Shown in pieces: positions 15,101-25,759 of a stretch of DNA of 64,000 bases. The stretch's first letter is position 1. Each line of letters opens with the position of its first letter. The notes under the pieces were generated by a model, which did no database searches, was not told the origin of the DNA, and saw nothing but the letters and a program-made list of their open reading frames with translations. The translations under genes were made by a program, and so were the position numbers. The stretch lies in contig JBHGNT010000015.1 in the NCBI GenBank assembly GCA_043228905.1, positions 18,042,001-18,106,000 of the forward strand, given 5' to 3'. The stretch comes from Azolla caroliniana (Eukaryota; Plantae; Polypodiophyta).

Positions 15101-16245
15101 TGGTTGCAGACACATTGCATCTGTTTTTGGGCATTCCAAACATGACCTGAATCCAGAGTTGGATGACCCATGGGACACATCAGAGTCTCAACTCACCCCA
15201 ATGAGCTTTCTCCACCCTAAATTGGGTCAAGTTGAAGTACATGACACCAACATGTAACCAAGGGTCATGTTTACAAGAAGAATTAGGTTCATGTCATTCA
15301 TGTTTACGCATACCACATATGAGTACAACCAACATTGTTCATGTTAGGAACTAGACTAATAGGAACTCTGTACCAAACGATGGCTATTCAACACTTTGGT
15401 CATCCACGTCCTCGTGTACCAGGCAGCCATTCAATTGCAAACCCAAGCCTCCCCATCAGCCCGTCTGACATAGACAATAAGGAACAGTAGATTGCTGAAT
15501 AGTGAGCCATATCCATCAAATCCAAACAATGCCCCCAACAAACATAGACATAAGACCAAAACATCAAATTTGATGATTGCAACAGGCGGCAGAGGTTCAT
15601 GGCACTTGCATGTGATGGTGGTTAACAATAGTGGCTTCAAAATTACAGCATTTCCTACCATTTGGATACCTCAACACTGCTCTCAGATGATCCCAGGAAC
15701 AGGGTCTTGCTACAAGACTTGTGCACGCAAGATTTTACATTCTAATTGGTATACACAACCCAACGTGTAAGTTATATATAAGGAAAGGCTGAGTTATTGT
15801 TTAATCCATGAAAATTTGGATAAGTTCTCAAAAAGGAAAGAATCTGACAGAAATATGGAAACTTTCTATGACATTACACCATTGTTGAAGACGAATGTAA
15901 TTACATAGATGTTACTTTACCTCATCAAGAAGGATAGCCTTAGTTTCCTGCTCTCGTCGGTCATATCGCCTTAGGAGTTGAAACCCTGTGCCACTGATCA
16001 GTTTCGTGGCCATGTAAGTCTCCCATGGTATCACGCGTTGCAAGACCTGTTATTCATCGGAACGATAAGACAAACAAAAAAAAGGAGGGGAAGGAAGAGG
16101 AATGAATGCATCGGAAAGGAAGGAAGGAAGGAAGGAAGGATGGATGGATGGATGGAGAGGCCTTGAAAAAACAGAAGCCCATTGCAGAGAATATGAAGGA
16201 GCAGAGAGAAAGCTAAGCACTTACCTCTTCTCTCGTCAGCTCCAT
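6103..16245 (-). CDS. VHA-H: Vacuolar H+-ATPase V1 subunit H, ~11 exons
   Basis: ATG at 16245 (MELTREE, exon 16245-16225). Following exons: 16046-15921 [29 protein letters not shown]; ~13571-13469 [26 protein letters not shown]; ~11913-11841 [11 protein letters not shown]; ~11279-11214; ~11131-11030; ~9493-9329; ~8709-8585 [14 protein letters not shown]; ~8496-8371; ~8284-8105 [11 protein letters not shown]...[16 protein letters not shown]; ~6351-6103 [15 protein letters not shown]...[13 protein letters not shown] borders where checked. Confidence 0.95.
12035..12501 (-). mobile_element. Solo LTR (467 bp) in a VHA-H intron
   Basis: TG...CA termini (tgtgag at 12035, ...ccaaca at 12501), perfect 5-bp TSD CAGAG (12030-12034 and 12502-12506), and TATAAATA on the minus strand at ~12225-12232. 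Confidence 0.8.
13218..13395. repeat. Two-copy ~90-bp tandem duplication in a VHA-H intron
   Basis: The sequence actgattctatattacaggtagcc...acttctgcatagaatatt occurs twice in tandem. Confidence 0.75.
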
Positions 16246-16450
16246 GGTGCTTGCTCGCTCTGAGATCTGTTCCGAATCAGACTGACTTTCTTCTTCTACT
16301 ACTACTACTTCTTCTTCGCAACCCAAATCGCCCCAAAACAGGCAAAAGAGAAGGTGGGCGTTGAGGAATGGAAGAAGCAGCCCATTTCCACGCCCACCAA
16401 GCAGGGGCAGGTGGGGGAAAGGAAAAGGAAGGATTCTGGGATGGTCCCTA

Positions 16451-16810
16451 TCACGCCCATATCGCCCACCTTATCTGATCTCCATCCACATTTGCCATTC
16501 ATTCCCCTCCTGCTCTTCCTCACCTTGTCACGCCCATATCGCCCACATGATCTGATCTCCATCCACACTTGCCATTCATTCCCCTCTTGTTCTTCCTCGC
16601 CTTGTCACGCCCATATCGCCCACATGATCTGATCTCCATCCACACTTGCCATTCATTCCCCTCCTGCTCTTCCTCGCCCTGTCATGCCCATATCGCCCAC
16701 ATGATCTTATCTCCATCCACACTTGCCATTCATTCCCCTCCTGCTCTTCCTCGCCCTGTCACGCCCATATCGCCCACTTGATCTGATCTCCATCCACACT
16801 TGCCATTCAT
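16451..16810. repeat. 77-bp tandem repeat, ~4.7 copies, in the VHA-H upstream region
   Basis: Unit tcacgcccatatcgcccacatgatctgatctccatccacacttgccattcattcccctcctgctcttcctcgccttg starts at 16451, 16528, 16605, 16682 and 16759. Confidence 0.95.
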
Positions 16811-17889
16811 CCCCCCCCCTCTTCCCTGCCCTACCATGGCATCAAACCTCGACAAGCCCAACCCTTAACGTGAACACCGCCCACACATCGAGGTTTTACA
16901 TGCTTTTTTTATTGATCAAATCTGGGTCGAAGCTATCCTATTGCCAGACAAATCAAATTCAAAAAAGCTTTCGATTCTTATGAGAGATTAGACACTAACT
17001 AGCGACGAGAACGCACAAATTCACCACCATGCATCCACTTCCATGATGGCACTTGTGCATTGAGTAGCTCTTTACCTCCTTCCTCCAGATTCAGGGCAAG
17101 AAGGTAACGTTCCCGCCCATTCGAGAACTGCACCATGATGACATGGACGAGGCTCCAAATAGCTATTAAATATTGATATCCCACTTAGACGCTTAGGGGT
17201 ACAAACATGACCTCGTGCCAACCATGAGATGACAATTTCCCCTTTTCTCTTTCATAACAAAATCCACATTGTGTGTGTGATGCACATAGATAGATATACA
17301 TGTTATCATCGTCTTCAAAGGTCAAATATGACATAGAGAGAGAGAGATTGTGAGGGAACTATCCACTAATTGACAAGCTATATGAAACAAGATGATGGAA
17401 TATTACAAAGATAATAACTCAATTGGTCAATGTTACTTTGTTTTAATTGTTTATCTTTATTATCGTGTATGTGATTATTTTCACCCTCTTTCGCTTCTAT
17501 CATGTCCTTGTTTATTATATGCATTCAACAAATTGTTTGGGTGTGAGTGTGTGTCTCGTTCTCATATTCTTTGGTTGTAGACATCTAAGAATATGTGGTG
17601 ACATTGGGGTGCCTAATGCATTGCAGAGAAAAGTACGGAGGAGAGAGAAAAATAGATAGATAGAGGTTGGATTGGATTTAAAGAGGCCGGTGCCAACACA
17701 TAGGACCTAAGTACATGAGTTTTCTTGATGCATGTTTCCTTCTTCACAAGGAATATTCATACTTTGAAGCACATAGTCTCGATGAGTGAATAAGGCATAC
17801 ACATATTGTTAATAATTAGGTAATTAATTAAGCAAGGGTTAATTAGTACTTCATTATGTGATTAGTTGATAAGCGGAAGATTATATGAT

Positions 17890-17952
<63 letters not shown>

Positions 17953-18467
17953 TACACTTATGAACAACACAAGATGGGGGATGAGTAAGTATATTAAATT
18001 AGCATTATCATCATCAAATATAAAAATACCTACAATGAGGTATATATAGATCTCATGTGCAAGGGTGCACATGTGTGAGGAGAATATAGGTACAATGATG
18101 TAACTCCTATATTAAATGTACTTGGGAGTGGAGGATCTAGAATATCCCACTTAAGTATAAGGTCCTATTTAAGGCATTATAGTCAACACTTCTAACTAGA
18201 TTCTATCTAGGTAACTACGAAGTTACATGGTTGACTAACTAACTAAACGAAGTTGAGCTTGATCTCTCAACATGCTCCCTCAACCTCAAGTACGAGGCAT
18301 CAGATGTCCGCTTTGCTTTCGACGTTCGGATCTTTGATTCAGTTGAATCGACTTCGGCTTTGGATAACCGGTATTGTTTCTTTCAACGTCGACTTCTTTG
18401 TGGCAGTTTCGATTCCTCCCCCTCAAGCTTGTGATGAAGGCTTGTCGTGCGAAATTGGCTGACTGCT

Positions 18468-20352
18468 TTCACCCATCGTGGGTTACAAGCCACTTCTGTA
18501 GAGCTCTCAGGCTCTTGTTCGGCTGCTACCTTCATTGTTAAGGCATAGTGATGGGCCATGTACTTGTTGTAGCCGAGCCGAGTGACGAGATTCTTCTCTC
18601 TAGAAGAGCATCGAAGTTTTTCTCTCGCCGATGTGAGCGCCTTCCTTGCTCCCTCACTACACTGAACTCATTGTCTAGTGAGGGAGCCGACACATCCGAA
18701 TCACTATTGTCGTGGTGATCGACTTCGTATTTGGGCATCTTACCTTTGCCTTTGTCCAAGTTTATACTTGACCATGATGTGCTTGGGTCGCGTGGGGGCT
18801 CTTGTGGCCCACTAGGCCTTGCCGTAATTGGACTTTCTTCGAACATGTGTTCGAAGCGATCTCCATCTTCTACCTCTTGTTCGGCGGATTCCGGGTCAAG
18901 CGGGGTCGGAGTCGAAGTTGTCTTTGGTGCGTACCAAGATGCGGACACATCGAAGAGTACGTCTTGACTTACCCGAACCGCTTGGGTAGAAGGGTTGTAG
19001 CACTTGTATGCCTTCTTCTTAGACGAGTATCCTATGAGGATACATTCCTCCAACTTCGCGTCGGGCTTCTGTTGTTCGTTCGGGATGAGTACATTCGCAA
19101 TGCTTCCAAACACCTTGAGGTGCGACAATATCGGCTTCTTTCCGACGAGGAGCTCGTATGGAGTTAGCTCATCCACTCCATTAGTGGTGCATCAATTCAT
19201 GAGATAGAAGACCGTGGATGCCGCTTCGGCCCAATAGAAATTCGGCATGTGCTTCTCATGCATCATGGCACGTGCTACCTCAAGTACTTGCCGATTCTTC
19301 CTTTCAGCTACTCCATTTTGTTGGGGTGTGTGTCGGCGTGAGAATTCTCTCCGAATGCCTTCACTTTGGAGGTAGGAGGTGAATTCGCCAGAGAAGTACT
19401 CCTTGCCTTCATCCGATCGTAGGCATCGAATGTGCCGACCGGTTTCTTTCTCGACTTGGCCCTTGAGCTTTTGGATGTGGGAGAGCACTTCGCTTTTCTT
19501 CTTCATCGGGTAGATCCACGTGTAACACTAGTAGTCGTCGATGAAGGTTACGTAGTATCAGCATCCGCCGATCATCGGCGTTTGAGCCGGTCCCCATACA
19601 TCCGAGTGTATGATGTCGAGGAGGCCTTTGCTTGCGGAGCTCTCCTTCAGGAATGGGAGTCAATGTTGTTTACCGAGTTGACACGCTTCACATACTCAGT
19701 CAACTCGTTTCGACTCGAATGTCGGAAGTCCGATGATGACTCCCTTGGTTTGCATCGCTCGAAGCCGTTGGAGGTTTATGTGGCCGATTCTCTTATGCCA
19801 CAACTCGATGCTTGTCTCGGTTTTGAGACCTTTGGCGCACATTGCCAATTTCACCTCATTCGAATCGAGGATGAATATTCGACCATCTCTCCGCCCCTTT
19901 GCTATGAGTCAGCCATCTTTCTCGATGAAACAACCTTCGTTGTTGAAGCGGACTTCCATTCCTTGCTCCATGATTTGGCCTACCAAGTCCAAATTCTTCG
20001 TTATCATGGGCACATGCAAGACATTCTTGATGCAATTATTCTTGCCATCGTTGCCGAATGGAACGTTTCCGATGTGTCGAATGGGATGCATGGTGTCATC
20101 TCTTGTCTCTATGTAGCTGGGTCAATCCGGTGTACGCAAGTCATTGAACCACTCTTTGTGGGATGTCATGTGATGTGAGGCGCCGGAATCAATGAACCAC
20201 ACGTCTTCCGAATTGAAGGTGTTTATGGAGTTGGAGACCGTCATAGAGTTCGCTCTATGCCTATTTACGAACATTCTGCCATGGTCGTCGTAGATGGAAT
20301 TCACGACGTAATTTGTGAACATTCCTCTACGATTGTCATAGTCGGAGTTCAA
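18468..20352 (-). pseudogene. copia pol remnant: protease, GAG-pre-integrase and integrase, ending at the start of RT
   Basis: Frameshifted fragments DSGASHHM, NVLHVPMITKNL, IRCLRSDEGKEYFS, QNGVAERKNR, YWAEAAST, LKVFGS, CILIGYSSKKKAYKCYNP. The sequence stops after EPES...NPRWVKA, and no YVDD or RNase H motif is seen. Confidence 0.88.
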
Positions 20353-20370
20353 TGCGTAGTTTGTGAGTTG

Positions 20371-21219
20371 TCAACTTGTTGAAGCCGACTCACTTCTCTT
20401 TTTCCGACACTCCGCCTCGTAGTGGCCGATTTTACGGCAATAATTGCAAGTTGCAGGCCTCGTTTGCCGACCATGTTCGACGTGGAAGCTCCCCCTTCTT
20501 CCGAAGGTTCCTCGATGGCTTCCATGAAGGTTTGCGTTCCCTTCGTGTGATGGGTCGAATTGACCTCTTCTACCGCCGTGACCTCCTCCTCGGCCACCGT
20601 CCGAATTCGAGAAGAACATTTGTCCTTCCGACGTCTTGCTTTTGGTTCGGATATGGTTCTCTTTGACCAATAACATTGATTGGAGGTCGAAGAACGAAGG
20701 AGGGTTTTCTCTCGCCAAGATTGTCGTCCATAATGGATCGAATCGTTGTGCAAGGCCGCCCAAGCATACTTGAACCATCTCGTCTTCGTCGACATTTATG
20801 TTGATGGAGCCAAGTGAGTCGCAAATGCTCTTGATCTTGGCGGTGTAGTCCGACACGTACATGTCTTTTTGTCGAATGTTATTTAACTCTTGTCGGAGTT
20901 GAAGCTTTCGGGCATTCGTGATGGCGGCGAACATTTTCTTTAAGTTCTCCCACGCCTCTTTGGGCGTCTTGGCGTCTCGAATGTGGCTAAGCATGTGGTC
21001 ATGGACACATGTTACGAAGCAATACATTACCCGACTCGCTCCTTGCTCCCACGTTGGGTAGTTGGTGTTTGTGATGTCGGGCTTGTTTTCGAGTGTGCCA
21101 TTAATGTAGCTCCAATACCCTTGTCTGACGAGGTATTGGGTCATCTTGTACTCCCAAGATAAATAATTGCTCCAGTCTAGCTTTTCACTGGGGAGTGAGC
21201 TACCCATTTGTGTGTTCAT
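20371..21219 (-). pseudogene. copia gag
   Basis: KLDWSNYLSWEYKM, KEAWENLKKMF, RKLQLRQEL and a CCHC zinc knuckle; the frame breaks before the protease. Confidence 0.9.
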
Positions 21220-21372
21220 GTTGATTAGTGTCTTCTCTTTTTGCTTTTCTTCCTTTGATCAAGTGCACGTGCTACATAACGGCACTACGGTAGCTGATAG
21301 CCGGATTTTGTCGTCGGCATCTCGAACACACTAATTATGTGATTAGTTGATAAGTAGAAGATTATATGATAC

Positions 21373-21438
<66 letters not shown>

Positions 21439-22190
21439 CGCTTATGAATAACACAAGATGGGGGATGAGTAAGTATATTAAATTAGCATTATCATCATCA
21501 AATACAAAGATACCTATAATGAGGTATATATAGATCTCATGTGCGAGGGTGCACATGTGTGAGGAGAATATAGGTACAAGGGTGTAAGTCCTATATTAAA
21601 TGTACTTGGGATTGGAGGATCTAGAATATCCCACTTAAGTACAAGGTTCTATTTAAGGCATTATAGTCAACACTTCTAACTAGATTCTATTTAGGTAACT
21701 ACGAAGTTACATGGTTGACTAACTAACTAAACTAAGTTGAGCTTGATCTCTCAATGCATATCAAACCAACCTTCTAGGTTCTCTTTTTAGTGTGACACTC
21801 TGAATCATCACCCCCTTCATAATACATTATCATAACTTTCATGATTCAAGCTATATGTTGAGCATATAAAAAGCAAATGATATTCATTAGCTACCATCCG
21901 TTCCTCGCATATCTTGCATGCCTTTATATTTGACAATTTTTTATGCCATAATGTGATTTCAAAACCTAACTAAGTGATCCAGTACGGATGAGTGCCAGGT
22001 TTTTACGAGAGTTAATATTCATGTAAGTAACGAGATAAGGTTGAATACGATCAATACACCTTCTTGCCTTATGTCAAACCCAACATATTGGGTCGATGTT
22101 TGCAATGTACCATTTGTTCACATCTTTTGATATCTTCCTTATTGGTTCTATCCACCTTTTCCCTCTCAATAACCAACCATATCCGTTCGT

Positions 22191-22760
22191 TGTGATGTGT
22201 CATGGCCAAAGGAAGAGTGGCAACGTGTGGATAAAAAGGGGAGAAATGTGAAAAGGAGGGAAAAGAAAAAACATAAGGGAAGGGAAAGGAAAGGGGACCA
22301 ATGGTCTGTGCAGAGACATTAAAGAGAACATATGATTTGTTAGCGTGGCACGAATCAAGGAATAAAGCATCGAATGCAAATGGGGCACCCTCTTCCTATA
22401 AAAGGAGGGGAGATGGCACATTTTCCCTCATAGAGGATTTTTGGCATTTTAGTCTCATGCGACCTCTTCCATATTTTGGTGTTGCTCTTCGTCGTCTTTC
22501 GTGTTCAACATTGTGAGAGGCTTCAAAAAGTGGATTAACGAGCTCATATGTTGGTCGCTCAAAGAGAGAAAAGAGAGGCATGAGAACTCTACCCCAACTC
22601 GTGGTGTCGAAGCCAATGGTGGAAGATGTGGTCTTGGTGGTCCACTCAGTTTGTCATCATCGAAAGCTCAAATCCTCCTCTACCACCTTTCCTACTTTCT
22701 CTACTGCTTATTTAGTGGTTGACATTTCTACCACCATTTTATTTGTCCGCACAAACCATT
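22191..22760 (+). mobile_element. Possible degenerate solo LTR
   Basis: TG start, a CTATAAAAGG TATA box at ~22396 and an LTR-like 3' end (gtccgcacaaacca). No convincing TSD. Confidence 0.3.
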
Positions 22761-23113
22761 GTACACTAAATTATAAGGGATTTTCTTGATTAATTGAATG
22801 TTCATGACCTAAAAACTAAGCTCCTCTTTCTTGATCTCATTGTCAATCCTTAAATTTGTGTCCATTTTTGTTAATTGCTTGTTTTTACTCTAACCACTTA
22901 CAATAATCGTGACATACTTGCAAGAGAGAGAAAGAAATATATATATTAACATCTTTTAAGAGGCCAAAAAGGCCTATAAGACCAAGCAAGAGATTATATC
23001 GTAAGTATTGTCTCGTCTTTGAGAGTAATAAATCAAAATAAAATAAATATTACTCAGTAAGTATAAAAGTAAATAAGATAAAAAGAGAGGAAAGAATTTG
23101 GTTTTCAGCACGT

Positions 23114-23767
23114 TGTCGTGCCTTTCGGCACCGGATTGTTTGCGTGAGTCGGGTGGGAACTGTTGGGGTTTAGGACTAGAAGAAAGAAGAATGTGAGATA
23201 ATGTTAGTTAGGAAGAGATTGTAAGAAGAAGATATGAAACTCGTGAATCCCACGATTATAATGTATTAATGGGTAATTAGATTGTAAGAGAGAATTAGAT
23301 GGTAAAATCGTGAATCCCACGAATATTTTGTATTAATCAATCCTTCTAAAAAAAATCAACAACCCTATACATCTTTCTCTCTTCCTTATATAGTGTTGGA
23401 AGAGTCTAAGTTTATCACATGCAAGCATCATGCTTTTCCTAACTTTAGTTTTCATGCACATTGCATGTGCATGATTAGCTTTGTATCCCATCTTTTCTTT
23501 TAACTCGAGTGTATATGCATGAATAACTTTTTGTACCATGCATATCTAGAATATTTACATGGGATAAAGTTTAGTATAACTTTAAAATTTATAGTATACT
23601 AGTATAGTGGTAAGGTTGGGGTTTGTCTACGTGAAGGTATAGGGTTCGAATCCTGCCTTATGCACCTAATAAATATTTTAAATATTTTATTTTTATTTAT
23701 TATACGTACTTTAAATTGGATATAGTGTTTTACATATTTCACATAGTGTGTGATTCACACTACGACA
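23114..23767 (-). repeat. gypsy 3' LTR
   Basis: Direct repeat of 31029-31682; terminal inverted repeat TGTCGT/ACGACA; the PPT is adjacent on the inner side. Confidence 0.95.
23593..23680 (+). ncRNA. tRNA-like Pol III unit inside the gypsy 3' LTR (antisense to the element)
   Basis: A box TAGTATAGTGG at 23600-23610, B box GGTTCGAATCC at 23643-23653 with tRNA-like spacing, T4 at 23676-23679. No intact cloverleaf. Confidence 0.55.
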
Positions 23768-23823
23768 CTCGCCCCCTCCGAACCCGTACATCCTCCGGTA
23801 TGTGTCGAAGTCCCCAATGCTTG

Positions 23824-25759
23824 CTATTCACCTTTATCTGAAGCTTCCTCCGATTCTCCCCTTAAGTCGACTATGAGTTGTAATCCACTTTCTTCGCTTT
23901 CCGCATCATCGCAATCTTTGTCTGATTGCTCCTCCTTGTCGGTCTTATCTAAGATCACATAGTGTTCTTCATCAGTCCGCTTTTTGAAAATCTTCACCCA
24001 TTTCATGGCTATAGGCACCGTAGTATTGTTCCATCCAACTCACATAGTCGGTAAGTTCCGTTGTCGAAAACTTTCCGAACCTCGTATGGCCCGAACCACC
24101 TTTTCGCGAACTTCCACATCTTTGTATGTTGATGATCCAAACTACTGTCATAGACAATCACCCAATCTCCTTCTTCAATCTTCCACGGTCGTAGTGGGTG
24201 CTTTGTGTCGAACCGGCTTTTATCCTGGAATCGCGCTTCTTGTTGTCGGCGTATTGCTTCCGCTATGTCTTCCGGTCTTCCCTCTAGTTGTCGTATCCGG
24301 ACCGCTAATAGTTCTTCCCGGCTCATCTCTTCCTTCTACGGTAGCACTGTCCATGTCGCGATCACGGTTTCTGTTGGCATTACCGGTGCTTGTCCGGTCA
24401 TGAGTTCTGCCGACATGTAACTGGTTACGGAGCTATGCGTCGTCCGATCCGCCCATAGTGCATACGGGAGCATCTGCGGCCAATCCTTCACCCTTCCGTT
24501 GCATGCTTTGGCAAGTGCTTTAACGATTGGACTATGTCCTCGTTCGATTTTCCCGTTGGCCTTCGGATTGTAGGCCGTTGTTAGTGTTAACTGAACTCCA
24601 TGTTTGGTGAAGAATTCCTTAGCTTTATCATAGTCTAGTTCTCCCTGATCCGCAATCACTTGTCCTACGCACCTGTACCTGCAAAACACCTCCTCCAAAA
24701 GAAATTGGCATACCGCAGAACACGTTTTCCTTCGTAGCGCCCAACCTTCTACTTGGTTTGTGAGATCTTCTCGAGCTAACACCAAGTACTTCTTTTGTCC
24801 GATCCCAGTTGGCATGGCTACAATATCGACCATCCACTTGAAGTTGATTGTCGGTGAGAATGTCGGATGTAACTCATCTTGGTGTCGAACTCCAGAGTAG
24901 ATTTGACACTTCTCGCAGCTTTCCGTGAACTCCGCTATATCTTTGTACATGTTCTTCCACCAATATTTTTGTTTGTTTTTCACAAAAGTTACCCATGTTC
25001 CTCAATCTCCAACCCAATCGGATCCGTGAAATTCGGACATTATCCGGTTTCGTTGCTCTTTCGTCCCGACTACCCGAAGTGGTATGCCATCCAGTCTTTT
25101 CGGCTCCCTCTATATTAATCCATTTTTCAAGAAGAACTTTCGGACTTGTCGCTTCTTACTTCGGATCTCGGCTCTCTTCTCTTTATTGTCTGATGATTCC
25201 TTGATTTCTTGTAGCACTTTCCCAATCAGCAAGCTTTCTCCCTCGTATTCTTCTTCCTGGAATTCTCGGATTACATTCACCCGGCATATACTTCATTATC
25301 GGATTCAGTTATGTCATCTCCGAACCGCACCTTGATAGCATATCCGCTACCGCGTTGTCTTTTCCGGAGATGTGTCATACCTCCGGATTATGTGACTTAA
25401 CATATGCAATCCACCTTAGCATAGCCACATCTGGTATCGTGCAACACCGCATCATCCCGAGTATCGGAAGACAATCCGTTTTTATCACTACTTCGGCTCC
25501 GATCAAATAATCTCGATCCGATTTGATTGCCGACACGACTCCCATAATTCTCTTTTGACTTGTGCATATCCGCGTTGCCTTTCGTTGAGAACCTTTGTTC
25601 CGATCGGATCGGATATCGTGAACCATCCGAGTCGGCTTGATTGATTCATGAACCATCCGAATCAATCAAGCAGTACTTGTGTCAATTGTTACTATGAGCA
25701 GTCGGTCATAGTTCGGCTTCTTTAGTGCTTTTGCCCTCCGTAGTGATTTCTTGAGTACT
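23824..25759 (-). pseudogene. gypsy RNase H-integrase (disrupted)
   Basis: IKTDCLPIL and LRWIAYVKS (RNase H); YWWKNMYKDI...SCEKCQ, WMVDIV, IADQGE, AYNPKANGKIERGH, LWADRTT and WFGPY (integrase); an acidic tail rather than a chromodomain. Confidence 0.88.

Larger units (their letters stand above)
17807..21756 (-). mobile_element. Ty1/copia LTR retrotransposon, non-autonomous (RT/RNase H and PBS missing)
   Basis: 3' LTR at 17807-18272 (TG...CA); 5' LTR at ~21334-21756, lacking its inner ~45 bp; TSD CATAT at 17802-17806 and 21757-21761. Domain order is gag (CNYCRKIGHYEAEC knuckle), protease (WFIDSGASHHM), integrase (LRSDEGKEY, TPQQNGVAERKNR). PPT-like TTGAGGGAGCA abuts the 3' LTR. Confidence 0.93.

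Noticed and set aside
16451-16810. CRISPR-like array
   Set aside because: The units are fully repeated with no unique spacers, no cas genes are present, and the context is eukaryotic.
19432-20178. 248-aa plus-strand ORF
   Set aside because: It is the antisense shadow of copia pol and has no recognisable domain.
23593-23666. Functional tRNA-Asp gene
   Set aside because: The D, anticodon and acceptor stems do not pair, and the GTC triplet is absent from the other LTR; only the promoter boxes are supported.
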